A program made the translations under genes and the position numbers. Positions 10,332 to 17,478 of a stretch of 25,366 nucleotides of DNA are shown piece by piece. The stretch spans positions 1-25,366 of the IMG/VR virus record IMGVR_UViG_3300032321_000593; one strand, given 5' to 3'. The DNA is from a virus. Taxonomy: Duplodnaviria > Caudoviricetes. Positions within the stretch are counted from its first letter, which is position 1; each line of letters starts with the position of its first letter. The notes beneath the pieces are model-generated. The model was not told the origin of the DNA. It was given only the letters and a program-made list of their open reading frames with translations, and did no database searches.

Positions 10332-10733
10332 TTAGTCGTATTTACGAGCGACAAATCTGGTTAATGGAACGAGCAAACAAGTACCGGAGCTTATAAATTG
10401 TACTCGGTAGAAGTTTGCAAAAGGTGGTGTCCTCTTCCAGATTCCGGTATTAGTTACAGCATTACTCAGCGTGATGCTGTCAAGAGCTGCGCTGTAATTA
10501 ACTCCATCAAAGGATTCATACAGATAAACCTTTCCGGCTGCAGTTCCTGAAATCCTTGTAACTATTGGGCTGATCACGATACCGTGATAGCCAGCAGTAG
10601 TTGCAAATACTTTTGTTGTCGTGTCCACATTGATCAATGAATCGGCAGCCAATAACTGCAACGTAGTTCCACGTTGAGCATTTGCAATTCCGAAAGAAAG
10701 AACCAAGGCGAACAACATTAGCAATTTTTTCAT
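10332..10733 (-). CDS. Small beta-rich protein with Sec signal peptide
   Basis: MKK + hydrophobic LLMLFALVLSFGI + ANA|Q cleavage site. Confidence 0.75.
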   Translation of the reverse strand: MKKLLMLFALVLSFGIANAQRGTTLQLLAADSLINVDTTTKVFATTAGYHGIVISPIVTRISGTAAGKVYLYESFDGVNYSAALDSITLSNAVTNTGIWKRTPPFANFYRVQFISSGTCLLVPLTRFVARKYD

Positions 10734-10759
10734 TTTACTTTTTCTTTTACAATGGTGAA

Positions 10760-11779
10760 TTAAGAGGTTTGTCCAAACTGAAGGATTACGCTATCAGTTC
10801 GGCCTGTGGTGAAGTTCAAAGGAGCTTTGTTGTATGAAGTATCAAATGAAACTTCAAACTCCAAAGAAACGTCCTGCGAATTACCGTTGGATGCGCTGGT
10901 GTCAGCACGCTGAGCATAACCATGAACAGCAAATGTGTAACCGGCAAAACTGAAAGTGCCGTAACCACCAACGAAACTGTTGTAGTCACCGTATCCGTTT
11001 CTGTTTTGCTGTGGAATCCAGTTAAGAGCTGATGCGGACTGCGATGGCATTGCTAAAACGATACCATCTGCATAGTTGGCATCATTAAGCTCAACTGATT
11101 CAACAATACGAAGGCCGGCAAACTGAAATGCCGTGTTGGTTGCATTGCCTGCCCCCTGGGCAATAAGCCTTTCAGCAGCTACTTGCATATTGCTATCGGC
11201 GATAACATCAATTTGCCCACCAAAATAGTTTTGGCGCATTACTGATTTCAAACGCTGATAGAAAACAATAGCATTGGTTGCATCTATGTCGATAGCATTG
11301 TTTGCAGCAGTGAAAGTTCCGCCTTTAAGGCCTGATGGCTGCTGAGTGGCACGCTGAGCACGTAGATAAGCGATTGCTTCGGTTTCTTTGTCTTCCAATA
11401 CGTTCATGCAAGCCTGCATCATTTTATTGGCGAAAACAGTATTGAAATCAAATACGGATCTGTCAAGCAGCTTCAAAGAAATTGCGAACTTATCTGATTT
11501 GGTAGTCCAGTTAAGGGTTATTTTTTGGCTGTCATCTATAGTTCCAGTGTGATTGTGGGTTCTTGTAGAACCACTTGAACGCTTTGTGCGAGCAAGCAAA
11601 TGGGCTTCTATAGCCCTGTCTTCCCTTGTGCGAAGGGTTTCAGCTCCCATGATGAGTGCATCATTTGAGGACAACAGTCCAAAGGCTGGTGCAGGCTTCA
11701 TCCTCATTTCGGGATTTGCGTAAATTGCATTCACCATCGTTTGAGCGGTGAGCAAGTTCGATACATCGAAATTTGCCAT
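10760..11779 (-). CDS. Major capsid protein (339 aa from MANFDVS)
   Basis: Follows the scaffold; size and composition fit an HK97-fold capsid; A/T-rich start context before the ATG at 11779. Confidence 0.85.
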   Translation of the reverse strand: MANFDVSNLLTAQTMVNAIYANPEMRMKPAPAFGLLSSNDALIMGAETLRTREDRAIEAHLLARTKRSSGSTRTHNHTGTIDDSQKITLNWTTKSDKFAISLKLLDRSVFDFNTVFANKMMQACMNVLEDKETEAIAYLRAQRATQQPSGLKGGTFTAANNAIDIDATNAIVFYQRLKSVMRQNYFGGQIDVIADSNMQVAAERLIAQGAGNATNTAFQFAGLRIVESVELNDANYADGIVLAMPSQSASALNWIPQQNRNGYGDYNSFVGGYGTFSFAGYTFAVHGYAQRADTSASNGNSQDVSLEFEVSFDTSYNKAPLNFTTGRTDSVILQFGQTS

Positions 11780-11810
11780 TATTAAAAATTTAAAATGTTT
11801 TGAAAAGTGG

Positions 11811-11901
11811 TTGAGGTCTATGTGGGCGGCGTCTTGCCCTGGTGTTGCCCTGCGTCTTGGGCGGTTAGCTTTTGAGCGATATCTTGCTCTGTAGACCACA
11901 A
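11811..11901 (-). promoter_or_regulatory. Structured 5' leader of capsid gene: four-way junction with three AAGAYRYM-loop hairpins
   Basis: GAGC-AAGAUAUC-GCUC (11889-11874), GCCC-AAGACGCA-GGGC (11862-11847), GGGC-AAGACGCC-GCCC (11839-11824), enclosed by GGUCUA/UAGACC. Confidence 0.75.
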
Positions 11902-11955
11902 TATTAAAACAAATAATTCAAAGTAATAAAAATTACAACTTTATTTTTTTTGCAA

Positions 11956-11987
11956 ATAAAAATGCCTCCTGTAGAAACAGGAGGCAT
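11956..11987 (-). terminator. Intrinsic terminator between scaffold and capsid genes
   Basis: Perfect 11-bp stem AUGCCUCCUGU-UUCU-ACAGGAGGCAU followed by UUUUAUUU on the minus strand. Confidence 0.8.
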
Positions 11988-12019
11988 ACCCTAAAATAAA
12001 CAATCTATGAAAACAATCT

Positions 12020-12835
12020 TTAGCTCATTACAAATCCATCCACTTTTGCGGCTTCCTGCACTGCTTGGCTGAACTCTTGGCCAAGTAAACTCTTTCCTTC
12101 TGCAATAAATTTTGCCTTTAATGCAGTAAGTGAACTGGCTGATGCACCCCCTCCATCACCGGCACCACGTCCGCCAGCACCGGCGCCTTCAACCGGCGCT
12201 AACTTCTTTTCTGCTATAAAAGCACTGATCACATCTTTTGGAGCTGTTGCATTACCAAGTTTATCAGTAAGCTTTGCGCCTGCTTTGTAAAACACGGTTT
12301 TGCTGTCTTCCATTTTTGCCTCATAGCCTGATGCCTTCATTAACTGAATAACATCATCTGCACCAAGGGCAGGGCCTTTATCACCAAAAGAAGGGATGTG
12401 TTTATACAGCTCGCTGTTTACACGAATACTATTGACCTCAGCATCTTTGGCTGCGATCTGAGATTCATAGTCTGATACGGTTGTGGTAAGGGTGGCTACT
12501 TTCGTTTCCAACTCCTTCACTTTTTTATCAGGCTCAATTTTTGCATCAGCAATAACCTTGGCTGCTTTTGCTTCAAGCAGTGCTGCAACTGTTTTACCGG
12601 TAAATTCAAGCCCTTCAGCTTTTTTTACAGCATCAACTTCCATTTCAATGCCGGCAGCTTTACCTTCTTTGTAGCTGTTGTTCTTCAGCGTCTTTAGATC
12701 GGATTCGCTAAAAGTCTGAAGGTTGGCATCTATTTCAATATCTGTTTCAGCCTCGGCTTTGATAGCTGATTCCAAGTCTGCCTTTTTGATTTTAAGCAGT
12801 GTGGCAATCTGCTCCAATGTTTGGTTTTTAAGCAT
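12020..12835 (-). CDS. Capsid scaffolding protein (271 aa from MLKNQTL)
   Basis: Lys/Glu/Ala coiled coil, Gly-rich linker GAGAGGRGAGDGGG and short C-terminal helix; directly before the capsid gene. Confidence 0.8.
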   Translation of the reverse strand: MLKNQTLEQIATLLKIKKADLESAIKAEAETDIEIDANLQTFSESDLKTLKNNSYKEGKAAGIEMEVDAVKKAEGLEFTGKTVAALLEAKAAKVIADAKIEPDKKVKELETKVATLTTTVSDYESQIAAKDAEVNSIRVNSELYKHIPSFGDKGPALGADDVIQLMKASGYEAKMEDSKTVFYKAGAKLTDKLGNATAPKDVISAFIAEKKLAPVEGAGAGGRGAGDGGGASASSLTALKAKFIAEGKSLLGQEFSQAVQEAAKVDGFVMS

Positions 12836-13088
12836 CTGCTTTGGTTTCAGGTGATAAATACATGATTGACTGGAGTCCATCGGATGAGGCGGAACCATCG
12901 TTGAGTACATCAGCTTCTTCTTGTGTAATCTTCACGCAAGAACGTAGCAATTTGTTTTTTACCCATTCGCCTTTTTCCTTTTCCATCCTCCACTCCTCAA
13001 AGTGTGCAGCCTTTTCAGGTTGTGCTGCTTGTGGTTGCTCTTGCACAATTTCCTTTTCAGGTTGTGCTGCTTGTGGTAATTTTCCCAT
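12828..13088 (-). CDS. Hypothetical protein (86 aa) with duplicated PQAAQPEK
   Basis: ORF between portal and scaffold; its stop overlaps the scaffold start. Confidence 0.7.
   Translation of the reverse strand: MGKLPQAAQPEKEIVQEQPQAAQPEKAAHFEEWRMEKEKGEWVKNKLLRSCVKITQEEADVLNDGSASSDGLQSIMYLSPETKADA
13010..13077. repeat. Perfect 26-bp direct repeat, 42-bp period
   Basis: CCTTTTCAGGTTGTGCTGCTTGTGGT at 13010-13035 and 13052-13077. Confidence 0.95.
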
Positions 13089-13107
13089 TTTTATTGATGT
13101 TTATTGA

Positions 13108-14763
13108 TTACTGAATTACTGTAGGCTCTGGTGCCATTTCCTGCGCTGCCGCATACTCTTTCAAGTTATCTCTGAGCTGCTGCTCATCCAATGCCGTCAA
13201 TTCTGCCTGACTGAGCATTGAAAGCCATTCACCATAAAAGATTTTCTGATTGAGGACTAACGGTCCAACTCCAAGTGCCTTTACCTTCTCCGCTGTCATG
13301 TGTACAAATGGCTCAACCTTGGTAAGCTTCTGCATTATGTATAATTTCACGGGATCAGTTCCGTATTTCGCCTCGTAATAATCATACAGCATATCGTCAA
13401 GTGCGCTAATAGCAACACCTTTGAGTTTGGCATCCTGATACTTTTCCCACAACACATCGGGGCCTTCAAGCATAAACCTTCTGCCATAATTTACAGATGA
13501 ACCTTTGTAATCGGGCTGTATGTTTACGGCTACAGATAAATCAATCAGGAATTTGTGCCGCTTCTCAGCCATCCTTGCTACTATTTCAAGCACATCCGCC
13601 TCAGGCTTTATATCCTGTACAATCTGTGTAGCCGTCTTAATCCCTTCCTGCTTCACATCAGCCTGTACACCCCATCTTGTGTACCTCATCAATGATTCGA
13701 GCATCTCCATGCTTTCGCCAGCAATCTTGTGATATACCTCAGATGGCGATACATAACCGGCAACATTTGGCGTTAAAACCTGCTCATCCTTTGATGGCCA
13801 TTCGAGCAGCTTAATATCCGATACCTTGCTCATGAAGTTCTTACCGGTTCCCTTGCAATCAGGGCAGTCCTTACCATCTACATACTTTGTACCGCCACAA
13901 GTTGAGCAGCTATCTGCATACTCCCAATACTTTGGATAAGCATGAAGGAAATCATGTGTAATTTTAATGCTGCCTTTTAAAAGGAATTCATCTGCCAGCT
14001 CAATCACCTGATCAAAGAATGACATCATCATTCCACCATTGCTCTCGCTTAGGATATCGCTATTGAGGATAGCCGGCACCTTGCCGAAATAGTTTATCAA
14101 TGGAGAATGTAGTGTTACCGATTCATCTTCAACCTTGACGTAAACATCCTGAGAATCATCAACAAGCCTGTAAACAGTATCATCCTCTTTCAATCCAATA
14201 GCTTTCTTCTCTTTCTTGCTCGTAACAAAGAATACAAACTCAACCTGAGAACCATTGCATAGGTATTCGTGGATATTGACAACCGATTTGAAAGTGGGGT
14301 AGCATATTGAATTACCCATCTGTTTCTGCCTTTTTGCCTCCTGAGTAGGGAACAGCTCCATCATCATTATACCCATTGGATCATCAATCATTCTATACCG
14401 CCACATACTACTGAGAACATCTTTTACACTCATGCCGCTGCGGATATTGGATGCAACCTGCCTTGCTTTATCTTCCTGCTCCCCTTCAAGGTTATAATAA
14501 ACAGATCCTCCTCTTGCACTAAACACTTTATCGAGTGGGCGGCTGAGGCGGGTAAATAAATCCCTGTTGCTTTTGGCGTACTTAACTCTTAGCGTCTGCA
14601 ATGCAGGAGCTTCAAAACCTCCAATAACAGGCAGGTAATTAGACATTTGCTCACCATAGAGATGCATTCGCATCTTTTGCCGGTATTCTCTGGCTTTAAT
14701 CAGCGTTGGAGCCGATTGATTTTCTTTCAAAACTTTTTCAATCTGATCAATGGTTAGTATCAT
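13108..14763 (-). CDS. Portal protein with inserted CxxCxGxG zinc-finger
   Basis: 551 aa directly after TerL; mostly helical; CSTCGGTK...CPDCKGTG insert. Confidence 0.85.
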   Translation of the reverse strand: MILTIDQIEKVLKENQSAPTLIKAREYRQKMRMHLYGEQMSNYLPVIGGFEAPALQTLRVKYAKSNRDLFTRLSRPLDKVFSARGGSVYYNLEGEQEDKARQVASNIRSGMSVKDVLSSMWRYRMIDDPMGIMMMELFPTQEAKRQKQMGNSICYPTFKSVVNIHEYLCNGSQVEFVFFVTSKKEKKAIGLKEDDTVYRLVDDSQDVYVKVEDESVTLHSPLINYFGKVPAILNSDILSESNGGMMMSFFDQVIELADEFLLKGSIKITHDFLHAYPKYWEYADSCSTCGGTKYVDGKDCPDCKGTGKNFMSKVSDIKLLEWPSKDEQVLTPNVAGYVSPSEVYHKIAGESMEMLESLMRYTRWGVQADVKQEGIKTATQIVQDIKPEADVLEIVARMAEKRHKFLIDLSVAVNIQPDYKGSSVNYGRRFMLEGPDVLWEKYQDAKLKGVAISALDDMLYDYYEAKYGTDPVKLYIMQKLTKVEPFVHMTAEKVKALGVGPLVLNQKIFYGEWLSMLSQAELTALDEQQLRDNLKEYAAAQEMAPEPTVIQ

Positions 14764-14774
14764 TGAGATAATTT

Positions 14775-16220
14775 TTAATTTAATCTTGGCACCGCAATAC
14801 TTCCCGTTTTCCTTCTCCTTCCCTTAAATGCCACAAACTCTTTTTCAAGTACGGTGGTTATAAAGTATCGCTTCGCATCTGAACAGTGGCCATGTGGCTC
14901 ATAAGTCACGCCTGTTTCCTTATCTTTTTCCTTGGCTTTCAACATCCTACCTTCTGCATCCTCTTTTACGATAATGTAATCCTCGATGCTTCCAAAACAC
15001 ATATCGCTGACCTCAATACTCCATCCCTCATGGTTGTTTTCGTAGATGGCATTAATAAAATCAGCACTTAGCGAAACTTCCGGTGCCGACCTCTGTACTC
15101 TGCTCACTACAGAAAATCCTAAATCCTTCAGCGTACTTATGTACTTATCAAAGAAACTGGCGTTGTTCGCATCGATGGTTGAACGCTTCCCGGCAGATGG
15201 ATCACCATACACAAAAACTGTGTCTGAATAACCAATTGAGTGCAACCAATCCGCAAACTGCTTTGCCGCTTTGGGCGCATTATTTGCCGGACTTCTGCTC
15301 AAAATCTCATGCACCTGTGATAAATTCTTTTCCGCCACAGTAATCTGCCAAACTATCTGAGTTACATAGGGATTCACATTTTCATCAAGTGAAACGTGAA
15401 TGGTTGTATCCTTTCTGGGCTTCAATGGCTTTACATGCTTAGACTCATCGAAGCATTTCCAAAACTCACCACCGGTCCTTATTGCTCCCCATTCGCCGTT
15501 TGCTATTGCATTGAGTACGGCAGCATTACCATTGGCAATAAGCTGTAGCGATTTGTAATACTCCTCCTGATTGATGAAGTAGTTACTCGTATAATTCGCT
15601 TTCAATGTAGCCACCTGCCCGGTATAGCCGCCATCAAAGAATATCTTTCGGATCCAGTGGCTTTGATAAATCTTCTCGGTATTGAATGCACCGTAAAACT
15701 GTGTTGCAGCTTTCTCAGTCCTTAACCTGGAAAAGATAAAACCAAAATCCTCAAATGTAAACTGGTCGAACTCCTCGCAAAAAAAGTGAGTAGGATCCTT
15801 GATTGATTTCAAAGAAGCTGCATCACTGGCCCCGAAAGGAATTAACTCATTTCCGTTTTTCTTGCAAAGGATTCGCATCGAACCGTTTGGCTTATCAGAA
15901 TAAACAAAGAACTTTTCGAGCTTTCGCTCTTTTATGCGGTCGGTGAAAGTCTTATGTACCGTGTTACGAACTGTATCTAAAACTTTCCTTCCGAAATAAC
16001 CCCTGAAATACTTATCATCCAAACACTTATTCAAAAACAGATCAACTATGAAAACCGATTTTCCTGATCCATAGCTGCCATATAACAGCGTGACCTTGCT
16101 CTTATTCTCAATCCAGGGTACAAACACATCATTCACAATCCAATTACCCCAATAGGCTTCAATAATCTTTTTTACTTCTGGCGGTTGGTGCCTGAATGCA
16201 CTTGCCAGCACTATGTTCAC
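14775..16220 (-). CDS. terL: Terminase large subunit (PBSX/Terminase_3-like)
   Basis: Walker A YGSYGSGKS, Walker B FFCEE, nuclease motifs SLDENVNP, GDPS and HCSDAKRY; GTG start in a GTGA overlap. Confidence 0.95.
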   Translation of the reverse strand: MNIVLASAFRHQPPEVKKIIEAYWGNWIVNDVFVPWIENKSKVTLLYGSYGSGKSVFIVDLFLNKCLDDKYFRGYFGRKVLDTVRNTVHKTFTDRIKERKLEKFFVYSDKPNGSMRILCKKNGNELIPFGASDAASLKSIKDPTHFFCEEFDQFTFEDFGFIFSRLRTEKAATQFYGAFNTEKIYQSHWIRKIFFDGGYTGQVATLKANYTSNYFINQEEYYKSLQLIANGNAAVLNAIANGEWGAIRTGGEFWKCFDESKHVKPLKPRKDTTIHVSLDENVNPYVTQIVWQITVAEKNLSQVHEILSRSPANNAPKAAKQFADWLHSIGYSDTVFVYGDPSAGKRSTIDANNASFFDKYISTLKDLGFSVVSRVQRSAPEVSLSADFINAIYENNHEGWSIEVSDMCFGSIEDYIIVKEDAEGRMLKAKEKDKETGVTYEPHGHCSDAKRYFITTVLEKEFVAFKGRRRKTGSIAVPRLN

Positions 16221-16753
16221 GATTTACCTCCGCTATTATTAACTGCTCTTATCAATTCCTCGTATTGTTTTGGACTTAATGGCGGCTGCACATCGTTGCC
16301 ATCCTTATCTGTATTAGCCACCTTAGTAGGAGCGTAGTCTCCTTCCATCCTGTTGAGTTCAGCTATTGCAGATATCCTGGTCTTTTCATCCGCTGGATTA
16401 GTAACCGGTATCATTTGCATTTTCTTTTGTTCAGGATTCCAAAATGGTCTTTTCAAAGTAATTTCAATCTCGCCAAGTATCATTTTCGTAAGGTATTCTT
16501 TGCGTTCAGCGGCTGAAATGATGTGATATTTGCGTGTTTCCACTTCCGTTTCTGTCAGTAATGCTTTTCTTTCAGACTGGCGCTGGGTGTGGATTTCAAA
16601 GGCATTTTTCCAATGGCGGCAAAAAGTTCTGTCGGTAAACTGATACTTACTGACAATCTTTCTCATGGTTTTATTGTAAGTCAATCCTTTTTCTATGTGA
16701 AGGATGATTTCCTCAACCACTTTAACGGTCTTCGCTGTTTTTGATGATGCCAT
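16217..16753 (-). CDS. terS: Terminase small subunit
   Basis: Directly before terL; N-terminal HTH-like region; ERKEYLTKMILGE and RISAIAELNRMEGDYAPTK motifs typical of TerS. Confidence 0.8.
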   Translation of the reverse strand: MASSKTAKTVKVVEEIILHIEKGLTYNKTMRKIVSKYQFTDRTFCRHWKNAFEIHTQRQSERKALLTETEVETRKYHIISAAERKEYLTKMILGEIEITLKRPFWNPEQKKMQMIPVTNPADEKTRISAIAELNRMEGDYAPTKVANTDKDGNDVQPPLSPKQYEELIRAVNNSGGKS

Positions 16754-16791
16754 TATTCACAAATGTAATAAATTTTATTACTATTGAATAA
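16753..16791 (-). promoter_or_regulatory. Bacteroidota-type -7 promoter box for the packaging operon overlapped by a palindromic operator
   Basis: TACATTTG (16767-16760) 6 nt before the terS ATG; palindrome GTAATAAA-T-TTTATTAC (16765-16781). Confidence 0.65.
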
Positions 16792-17046
16792 TTAAAAATT
16801 CAAATTTTTAGCCCACTTAGCTTCATCAAAGAATCCGTTGGTCTCAAAGTTCCAGTTGAAATCCCTATCCCGTTCTACTGTAGGCTTCACTTTTTCTTTA
16901 ACGATGCGTGGAGTGATACCTCTTATTCTTAAACGAACACGCTCTTTGGCGATGCACATAACATCGGCTATCTGTTCTGGGGTAAGCCCTTTGGAGTGGA
17001 GTAGGAAGATGTTATCTACTTGTGCCTGAGTTAGGGGTTTTGCCAT
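16792..17046 (-). CDS. Small helix-turn-helix protein
   Basis: LTQAQVDNIFLLHSKGLTPEQIADVMCIAKERV fits an HTH pattern. Confidence 0.7.
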   Translation of the reverse strand: MAKPLTQAQVDNIFLLHSKGLTPEQIADVMCIAKERVRLRIRGITPRIVKEKVKPTVERDRDFNWNFETNGFFDEAKWAKNLNF

Positions 17047-17068
17047 AGTGTATGCTTTAATTTTTTAC

Positions 17069-17076
17069 TATATTTG
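17069..17076 (+). promoter_or_regulatory. Bacteroidota -7 promoter box on + strand
   Basis: TATATTTG = TAnnTTTG in an AT-rich context, 4 nt before the structured element; no clean -33 TTTG at canonical spacing. Confidence 0.65.
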
Positions 17077-17077
17077 T

Positions 17078-17186
17078 GGGGTAACAGCACGTTTAGTACG
17101 TCTGAAAGACGGCTCGTAAGAGTAGCACTTATCCCTGTTACGCAAAATCGATTTTCCAGCCGGTATAGGAATATGCCGGCTTTTTT
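17078..17186 (+). ncRNA. Putative structured small RNA of unknown family (~110 nt)
   Basis: Closing stem GUAACAG/CUGUUAC, hairpins CGUC-UGAAA-GACG and GCUC-GUAA-GAGU, flanked by a promoter box and a terminator on the same strand. Confidence 0.7.
17158..17186 (+). terminator. Intrinsic terminator on + strand
   Basis: AGCCGGUAUA-GGAA-UAUGCCGGCU then UUUUU; G-U pair, GNRA loop and U-tract all work only on the + strand. Confidence 0.85.
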
Positions 17187-17191
17187 AAAGG

Positions 17192-17440
17192 TTAATAAGT
17201 AGCCGCTTTCACAGCCCACATTGCTGATTGTTCAGCAGCAATCATTGCCAAGTCTTTCAGCGTTAACCATTCTTTGAGTTCATCATCAGTCCATTTAGGA
17301 TTTCCTGCTGCACCATCAATCAGGTCAATTAAGTTAGCGGCAGCGACTTTGATGTCATTTACATAATCGCTTTCTGATGGGTTGTGATTAACCCTTACAC
17401 GTCGTTCTCCAAGTGTTACTAATTTTTCAATCTGTTCCAT
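17192..17440 (-). CDS. Probable Acb2/Tad1-like helical-hairpin immune-signal sponge (anti-defence)
   Basis: 82 aa, LGERRVR..NPS start, two long helices and C-terminal A..EQSAMWAVKA, matching my recollection of the ExAxMW motif of the Acb2/Tad1 hairpin family. Confidence 0.6.
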   Translation of the reverse strand: MEQIEKLVTLGERRVRVNHNPSESDYVNDIKVAAANLIDLIDGAAGNPKWTDDELKEWLTLKDLAMIAAEQSAMWAVKAATY

Positions 17441-17450
17441 AAAATTTATG

Positions 17451-17476
17451 TGAGTTTTACAAAGCCGCTCAAGGCT
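17451..17476 (-). promoter_or_regulatory. Compact H-type pseudoknot upstream of the sponge-like gene
   Basis: AGCC-U-UGAG-C-GGCU-UUGUAAAA-CUCA: S1 AGCC/GGCU, S2 UGAG/CUCA; ends 10 nt before ATG. Confidence 0.45.
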
Positions 17477-17478
17477 GG

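Noticed and set aside
11780-11899. Arg-rich 40-aa N-terminal extension of the capsid protein in the ORF track
   Set aside because: It is the translation of the structured GC-rich leader from a GTG; the ATG at 11779 has the typical A/T-rich start context
17081-17141. tRNA or known self-cleaving ribozyme as identity of the sRNA; 8-nt matches to other loci as antisense targets
   Set aside because: No TTC T-arm or anticodon arm and no hammerhead CUGAUGA or twister/pistol core recognised; 8-mer matches (e.g. CACGTTTA at 18163) are expected by chance in 25 kb
17031-17219. 62-aa minus-strand ORF across the sRNA region
   Set aside because: Overlaps both neighbours, has a poor start context, and the region is better explained by the + strand promoter-RNA-terminator unit
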